Positions 58,245-64,000 of a DNA stretch of 64,000 nucleotides are shown here, one piece after another. The stretch spans positions 1,632,001 through 1,696,000 of the forward strand of contig OZ245842.1 in the NCBI GenBank assembly GCA_965228895.1. The letters run 5' to 3'. Origin of the DNA: Alphaproteobacteria bacterium. GTDB taxonomy: Bacteria > Pseudomonadota > Alphaproteobacteria > SP197. The notes beneath the pieces were generated by a model. That model was not told where the DNA came from. It was given only the letters and a program-made list of their open reading frames with translations, and searched no databases. The position numbers and the translations under genes are program-made. Positions within the stretch are counted from its first letter, which is position 1. Each line of letters begins with the position of its first letter.

Positions 58245-59135
58245 ATGAGTGCAATGTTTAAAGCCATGCTGGCCGGCGCCGCCGCGCTTATGCTGGCAGC
58301 CTGCGGATCGAATATCGACCGTGTGGCAAACATGGAGACATCCGGTACGCCGTTCACCATGGCTCTGCATGAGGGATATGTGGGTCTGGCTGAAAAGGAA
58401 GCCGGTTTTTACGATTGGATCGACTCAGCGCACTTTGCTGACAAGGCCGAGATGGCCGGCAATGGGGAAGTGGTGTTGCCGGAAGACCCCAATGACAGCT
58501 TCTGGTACATTCCAGACGAGATGGAACATGCCGAGCTGAACGCCGAACGTCCGCGGCTTCTCGCTGCGTTGGACGGCGGCGGCCGCTCCGAATTTCCTGA
58601 CCTCGCTGCCCGCGCCCAAGTCGCCTATGACTGCTGGGTCGAGGAAGCCGAGGAAGGTCCGGTTCGCACCGACCGTGGCGTTGCCGAATGGCAGCCTCGC
58701 GAGTTGGCCAAATGCCGCGCTGAGTATCTGAGTGCCATCGAAGAACTCGAAGCCGCCATGGCTCCGGCGATGGTTGAGGAAGTCGTCGTCATGGAAGAAG
58801 AGGTGGTGAGCGAATTCATCGTCTACTTCGCCTGGGATAGCGACAAGATCTCGCCGTTGGCACAGGGCTTCCTGGATGACGTCGCCGCAGAGGCGATGGC
58901 CCAGGGCGTCAAGCTGATCTCGGTCGGTGGTCACACGGATACGTCCGGTTCTGCCGAGTACAACGTTGGCCTCTCCGAGCGTCGTGCAGACGTCGTGGCT
59001 GACTACCTCGCCAGCAAGGGCGTGCCGAAGTCGGCCATGGACATCCGTTGGTTCGGTGAAACCGATCTGATGGTGCCGACCGGCGACAACGTTCGCGAGC
59101 CCAACAACCGTCGTGTCGAGATCACCTTCGAGTAA
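58245..59135 (+). CDS. OmpA-family lipoprotein
   Basis: LAAC lipobox; C-terminal GHTD..GS..YN..LS.RRA..V, NRRVEI; AQ..YDCW helical N-domain. Confidence 0.9.
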   Translation: MSAMFKAMLAGAAALMLAACGSNIDRVANMETSGTPFTMALHEGYVGLAEKEAGFYDWIDSAHFADKAEMAGNGEVVLPEDPNDSFWYIPDEMEHAELNAERPRLLAALDGGGRSEFPDLAARAQVAYDCWVEEAEEGPVRTDRGVAEWQPRELAKCRAEYLSAIEELEAAMAPAMVEEVVVMEEEVVSEFIVYFAWDSDKISPLAQGFLDDVAAEAMAQGVKLISVGGHTDTSGSAEYNVGLSERRADVVADYLASKGVPKSAMDIRWFGETDLMVPTGDNVREPNNRRVEITFE

Positions 59136-59166
59136 GCTGATCTGACGCCGGTTCGCGGCTAAGGTT

Positions 59167-59208
59167 GCCGGGCCGTGCTCCGAAAGGGGCACGGCCCGGC
59201 TGCTTTTT
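59167..59208 (+). terminator. intrinsic terminator after the OmpA gene
   Basis: GCCGGGCCGTGCTCC-GAAA-GGGGCACGGCCCGGC then TGCTTTTT. Confidence 0.8.
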
Positions 59209-59222
59209 GAGGGTTCGTGTCC

Positions 59223-60509
59223 ATGGATGCTGTTTTTGATCTGGCTGCCGTTGTGGTCGTTCTGGCCGCTATCCTTGGCTATCTGAACCACCACCTATTG
59301 AAGTTGCCACACACGATCGGTCTGGTCGTCATCGCCATGGCGATCTCGCTTGTGCTGCTGGCCGTCGACAGCCTTTGGCCGATTTTGGGCATTGGCGATA
59401 CCGTTCGTGGTTTCGTTGCCAGCATCGAGTTTTCCGAGACCTTGATGCAGGGGTTGCTGTCCTTCCTGCTGTTCGCAGGCGCCTTGCACGTCGATCTTTC
59501 GTCTCTGGTCAAACGCAGCAGAGCAATCTTCGCGATCGCCATCCTGGGGACCTTGCTGTCGACGTTCCTGATCGGCGGCGCGACCTGGCTGGTTGTTCAG
59601 TGGCTGGAGCTTGGCGTCGGCCTGATCTTCTGTCTGGTCTTCGGCGCCTTGATCGCACCGACCGATCCGGTCGCTGTGCTCGGCATTTTGAAGCGTGTCC
59701 ACGTCCCGCCGACGTTGGAAGCGAAGATCGCGGGCGAAAGCCTGTTCAACGACGGCGTAGCGATCGTCGTGTTCTCGGTCCTGGCCGGCCTTGCCACCGG
59801 CGCGTCCGGTCATGGCGAGTTGGATGCCGGCACGATTGTGTCGTTTTTCTTGGTCGAAGCGGTTGGCGGCGCGGCATTGGGCCTGATTACCGGATTTATC
59901 GCGTTCAGACTTCTGAAGTCTGTCAACGAACACAATCTGGAGGTCTTGATCACGCTTGCCCTGGTCATGGGCACGTTCGCGCTGTCGGATCTCATTCACG
60001 TATCGGGGCCGATCGCGATGGTGTGCGCCGGGCTGCTGATCGGCAACATCGGTACGCGCTTCGCCATGAGCGAGACGACCCGGGAACACACGACCAGCTT
60101 CTGGTCGCTGATCGACGAGATCCTGAACTCCGTCCTCTTTCTCATCATTGGCTTCGAGGTGGTCGCGATCAGTGGTGCGCTCGGTTTCGTCGAATTGGGT
60201 CTGATCGCCATTCCGGTCGTGCTCGTCGCACGCTTCATTTCGGTCAGTCTGCCTATCTGGAGCCTTAAGTGGCTCGGTGGGACCTTCACGCCTGGCGCCA
60301 TCCGGATCATGACCTGGGGCGGGCTGCGCGGCGGCATTTCGGTCGCCCTGGTTCTATCGCTGCCACCTTCGCCCGAGCGAGAGGTCCTGCTGACGGCCTG
60401 CTACATCGTCGTCGTCTTTTCGATTGTCGTGCAGGGGCTCTCCATGGAGTGGGTGGTCCGTCGACTGCTCAAGACCGACGGCGCGAACGGCGAACATAGC
60501 GATGGGTGA
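59223..60509 (+). CDS. Na+/H+ antiporter, CPA1 (NhaP) family
   Basis: PTDPVAV, GESLFNDG, WGGLRGGIS, VVQG. Confidence 0.93.
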   Translation: MDAVFDLAAVVVVLAAILGYLNHHLLKLPHTIGLVVIAMAISLVLLAVDSLWPILGIGDTVRGFVASIEFSETLMQGLLSFLLFAGALHVDLSSLVKRSRAIFAIAILGTLLSTFLIGGATWLVVQWLELGVGLIFCLVFGALIAPTDPVAVLGILKRVHVPPTLEAKIAGESLFNDGVAIVVFSVLAGLATGASGHGELDAGTIVSFFLVEAVGGAALGLITGFIAFRLLKSVNEHNLEVLITLALVMGTFALSDLIHVSGPIAMVCAGLLIGNIGTRFAMSETTREHTTSFWSLIDEILNSVLFLIIGFEVVAISGALGFVELGLIAIPVVLVARFISVSLPIWSLKWLGGTFTPGAIRIMTWGGLRGGISVALVLSLPPSPEREVLLTACYIVVVFSIVVQGLSMEWVVRRLLKTDGANGEHSDG

Positions 60510-60542
60510 CGCGACCCGGGCGCAGACGCTAACCTAACGGCC

Positions 60543-61157
60543 ATGGTTGCACGCCTTCCGGTCAAATCGTCTCTGGCGCGAACGTTGCGTCGCGGCGCCA
60601 TGGCGATCGTATGCCTGTTTGTCATGACGGCGGCTTGGCCGATTGCGGCCCAGACCATTGATCCGCTTGACGGCCGAATGCAGTGGCAAGTCGGCGCGGC
60701 CGATGGTGTTGCCAACCAGTACGTGCGCCAGTCGAGCCGATCGTCGATATGTGAGTTCGCAGTGTGGGACAAAGGCGGCTTCTTCGCCGAAGCGATCTTC
60801 TGCGAAACGCTGAGCGGCTGGTACTGGAAACAGTCCTACATGACTCTTGACTTGGCGATGGACGAGTTTGGTCACCTCGAGGACTTCATGACCCGAGGTC
60901 CCGACTGGTTCCGCGACATCAACGCGAACATCGGGCAGGTCGAACTCTACGGTTTCACGATCGACGACCCCAGCGATGCCGACCTTTGGCAGTGTCTTGT
61001 CTTCATCAAGGGTTTCAATCGCCAGGACAGGGGCTATCAGCAAATGCTGATGGCCTACTTATGCGATGACACCGGCGAGGGTATGTCTGAGAACAAGTTG
61101 AATGACGTCCTGACCGGTTTGTCGATTGACGGCGTGTTCGCGCACTTCGCCGACTGA
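60543..61157 (+). CDS. exported hypothetical protein
   Basis: Basic N-region, hydrophobic helix, AxA-type cleavage; no family recognised. Confidence 0.65.
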   Translation: MVARLPVKSSLARTLRRGAMAIVCLFVMTAAWPIAAQTIDPLDGRMQWQVGAADGVANQYVRQSSRSSICEFAVWDKGGFFAEAIFCETLSGWYWKQSYMTLDLAMDEFGHLEDFMTRGPDWFRDINANIGQVELYGFTIDDPSDADLWQCLVFIKGFNRQDRGYQQMLMAYLCDDTGEGMSENKLNDVLTGLSIDGVFAHFAD

Positions 61158-61176
61158 TATGGGCCGACTGATATGG
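61149..61176 (+). repeat. 14-bp tandem duplication spanning the stop codon
   Basis: GCCGACTGATATGG x2. Confidence 0.85.
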
Positions 61177-61196
61177 CGAGACGCCCGGCGCGGCTC

Positions 61197-62562
61197 CTAT
61201 CGGCCCAAGTACCAGCTGTATTCCAGGGCTGACGGAATCGCCAGGAACCGCTCCATCTCGCCGCGTTTGGTGGCCAGATAGAGATCAATATAGTCGCGTC
61301 CCAGGTAGTCGGCGAGGTGTTTGCCGTGTTCCATGACATCTAGCGCATCACGCCAGTTTCCCGGCATGTCGCCGCTTTCCGGCGGTGCGTCGCCGACCTG
61401 TGGCGGGCCAGGATCGATGCGATTGGCGATACCGTACTCCAGGCCGGCCAAGATGGCGGCAAGCGTCAGATAGGGGTTGGCGTCGGCGCCTGCTATGCGG
61501 TGCTCAAGGCGTTTTGCTTTGCCGTCACCGACAGGCAGCCGCACCGACACCGTGCGATTGTTATCGCCCCAACTGAACGCGCCGGAGCTGTAGGCGCCCG
61601 CAAACACACGCCGGTAGGAGTTGATGTTCGGCAGGAAGATGGCCGCGGATTCCGGTGCCAGCGCCTTCATGCCGCCAATCGCGTGGCGCAGTGTTTCGCT
61701 GCCAAGCTGGCTGCCATCGTCGAACAGGTTATTGCCGTCCGTATCGGGCAGGCTGACGTGGTAATGCAGACCGCTGCCTTCCTCATCGGCGAACGGTTTG
61801 GCCATAAACGTCGCGCGCATGCCGTGTTTGGGCGCCAGGGCAGTGACGACACGCTGCAGCAGAACAGCATGATCGGCAGCCAGGACCGGGTCGTCGACAT
61901 GGCTAAGGTTGATCTCCATCTGGCCCGGTGCGTACTCCGAGCTCGCCACATTGGCCGGGATCTTCTGAGCCGCACAGGCGCGCGTCACCTCTTCGATAAA
62001 GGGGGCCGTAATCGTCCAGATCGGCCATGGAGTAGACTTGGCGTGACGAGGCGCGCTCGCCTGTGCCTGGCAGCATAGGTTGTTGTGGTGCGCCATCGGC
62101 GGACCGCTTCGGGTCGATCAGATAGAACTCAAGCTCGGCCGCGATCCGCGGTCGCCATCCCTGTTCACGAATGCGTTCGGCGACCTTGGCCAGAAGCTGC
62201 CGGGGGCTGGCATCATAGGGCCGCCCATCAAGGTGAAAGACGTCGATCAGGACCTGTGCCGTCGGACGCATTGCCCAGGGAACCGGAACCAGACTGCCGG
62301 GAACCGGCCGCCCCAGATCGTCGGGGTCACCGTCGGAAAGGCCGCGCCCGCCGGGATCGCAGGTGTCTCCGGTCACATCGAGCAGGAACATGGCGCCGGC
62401 AACCGGCAAACCCTGATCATAGATCTTCGATGCATCGTCACGGTTGATGCGCTTGCCGCGCCACAGATTGCAGAGATCGGTGTAGATCGCGTCGATGACG
62501 TCGATATCAGGGTGTTGTTCCAAAAACCGCTCGAGTTCACTGCGGTCGCCTGTGGCCGCCAT
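61197..62562 (-). pseudogene. glutamine synthetase family / gamma-glutamyl-amine ligase (PuuA-like), split by a +1 frameshift at 62001-62005
   Basis: N half (RGK, AAELEFYL, QVYSM) and C half (EYAPGQMEIN, TFMAKP, GSGLH, NSYRR, NRTVSVR, EHR..GADANPYL) are in different frames; removing one C from GGCCCCCTTT restores a 454-aa ORF. Confidence 0.8.
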
Positions 62563-62675
62563 AAAGCCCCCGTTTTCGTGATCGCCGGCAGTGGATCACG
62601 CGACCAGCGCCTCTGGCAAGTTGCACTTGCGGTAGCGAACGGCCATTTTCCGTCGACCAGCAGGGAGGTTCAGCT

Positions 62676-63047
62676 TTGACAACACGGCAGATTTTCAACG
62701 CGAGCGATGCTCATTTCGTGCCGGATGATCGCTATGGCGCACCGGTCGAGGGCATGTGGTGGTGCAACATCAGCTATGACACGGCGACCGGCCTGGGCAG
62801 CTTCCTGCTGCGCATGGATCCCGGCACCAGTTCGAAGCCGCACGAGCATATGGACTTCGAGGAGTTTTTTGTGATCGACGGCGAACTGGTCGACAACGAC
62901 GGCGCTGTGTTTCGACGTGGCGACTTCGTTAGCTTTCGACCGGGATCGAAGCATTGGTCGACAACCGATCAGGGCTGCACCCTCGCGGTCTTTCTGCGTC
63001 GCGCAAACCGGCGTCTAAGCGACGAAGAGCAGCGCAATCTGGGATAG
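62676..63047 (+). CDS. ChrR-like cupin domain protein
   Basis: PG....HEH...EE..V..G, GD....PGS.H; TTG start after GGGAGG. Confidence 0.8.
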   Translation: MTTRQIFNASDAHFVPDDRYGAPVEGMWWCNISYDTATGLGSFLLRMDPGTSSKPHEHMDFEEFFVIDGELVDNDGAVFRRGDFVSFRPGSKHWSTTDQGCTLAVFLRRANRRLSDEEQRNLG

Positions 63048-63103
63048 CGAAAGCTGATCAAGAAACGCTATTTGATTGAAGAAACTCATGAAAGTGGGCC
63101 GTT

Positions 63104-63146
63104 TGTGTCACAATGGGTCACAAAATGGGACAATTTGGCCTATAAT
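63104..63146 (+). promoter_or_regulatory. direct-repeat array plus TATAAT upstream of the FecR-domain gene
   Basis: TGTGTCACAA TGGGTCACAA AA TGGGACAA then TATAAT at 63141-63146. Confidence 0.5.
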
Positions 63147-63262
63147 CCGCAAGGATTCGCAGACATCACCCGGCCTTACGGGTAGGGTCGCGACGCTAAT
63201 CGCCACGCCGTCCAACAACAAGAAACGGCGGGCAGGAGCCAAAAAGTGACAGGAAGACGCGC

Positions 63263-64000
63263 ATGGCTGTGGAAGGCTTGGACGTAGCGGCATTATCGGC
63301 GGGTAACCCAGCGGGTTCGCCGGCTCATGTGCCGGCTCATGTGATTGACGGTTTGTCGTCTGGTGGGATCCACATTGACGACGCCGAAAGTGTGTTGCGC
63401 GCGTCATTTGATCGCCAGGGTCCCGATCTCTTGATCGAGGCCCGCGACGGCAGCCAGATTCTGATTCAGGACTACTTCACGGCCGCCACGCCTCCGGATT
63501 TAATTTTGGGCGACGGCGCGGGCGTTATGAAGGGCTCACTGGTATCGGCGCTTGCCGGGTCGCCGACACCCGGCCAGTACGCCCAACTCGATACCGCTTC
63601 GTTGACCGCGAGTTCGGTTGGCCAAGTTGAGGCCATAACCGGCGAAGCGTTTGCCGTTCGTGTCGATGGCACGCGCGTCGCGCTCGAGGTCGGCTCGCCG
63701 ATCTATTTGGGCGATGTGCTCGAGACCTCGTCGGATGGCGCGATCGCGGTGTTGTTCGCCGATGGTACGCGGTTCTCGCTTTCCGAAGACGCGCGCATGG
63801 TTGTCGATGAGCTGATCTACGATCCCGGCTCCGACAGCAACGTCGCATCGTTCTCGCTGGTCCAGGGCCTGTTCGTCCTGGTTTCCGGCGATGTCGCCAA
63901 GACCGGCGACATGACTGTTGAAACGCCGGTTTCCACAATCGGCATCCGTGGCACGTCTGTGGCGATCCAGGCGGCGGCCGAGGGACTGCAGAACCTCGTC
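63263..64000 (+). CDS. FecR-domain surface/secreted protein, 5' part (runs off the window; missing from the ORF track)
   Basis: Open from ATG 63263 to the end: FDRQGPDLLI..DYF, PGQYAQ, GDVLET, FADGT.FSL, DELIYDP, TPVSTIGIRGT, the N-terminus typical of large alphaproteobacterial adhesin-like proteins. Confidence 0.85.
   Translation, partial: MAVEGLDVAALSAGNPAGSPAHVPAHVIDGLSSGGIHIDDAESVLRASFDRQGPDLLIEARDGSQILIQDYFTAATPPDLILGDGAGVMKGSLVSALAGSPTPGQYAQLDTASLTASSVGQVEAITGEAFAVRVDGTRVALEVGSPIYLGDVLETSSDGAIAVLFADGTRFSLSEDARMVVDELIYDPGSDSNVASFSLVQGLFVLVSGDVAKTGDMTVETPVSTIGIRGTSVAIQAAAEGLQNLV

Overview
GC-rich alphaproteobacterial (Rhodospirillales-like) chromosomal segment. It opens with the conserved infA-maf-rng-yacG-tRNA-Phe block. 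About 42 kb of accessory amine/amide catabolic genes follow: a tandem two-domain EctC-like cupin, a polyamine-type ABC transporter, GMC and aldehyde dehydrogenases, three N,N-dimethylformamidase (DMFase) large-subunit paralogues with one small subunit, FrhB-like, MlrC-like, amidinotransferase-fold, histamine/trimethylamine dehydrogenase-like, paired iminopeptidases, paired GFA proteins, and a class III cyclase-TPR with a TPR-only paralogue. Next are groESL with a perfect CIRCE and an atypical his operon (long HisG, HisB, HisH, HisF, an inserted MFS gene, and a HisA-HisI-HisE fusion whose IE part resembles fungal His4). The rest holds mtnA, a divergent HisD paralogue, a NatAB-like ABC exporter, OmpA, a CPA1 antiporter, a frameshifted glutamine-synthetase-family gene and the start of a FecR-domain surface protein. 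I found no integrase, transposase, CRISPR array or recognisable DNA-binding transcription factor. Family calls rest on motifs recognised by eye and on reference sequences recalled from memory; no database search was run.
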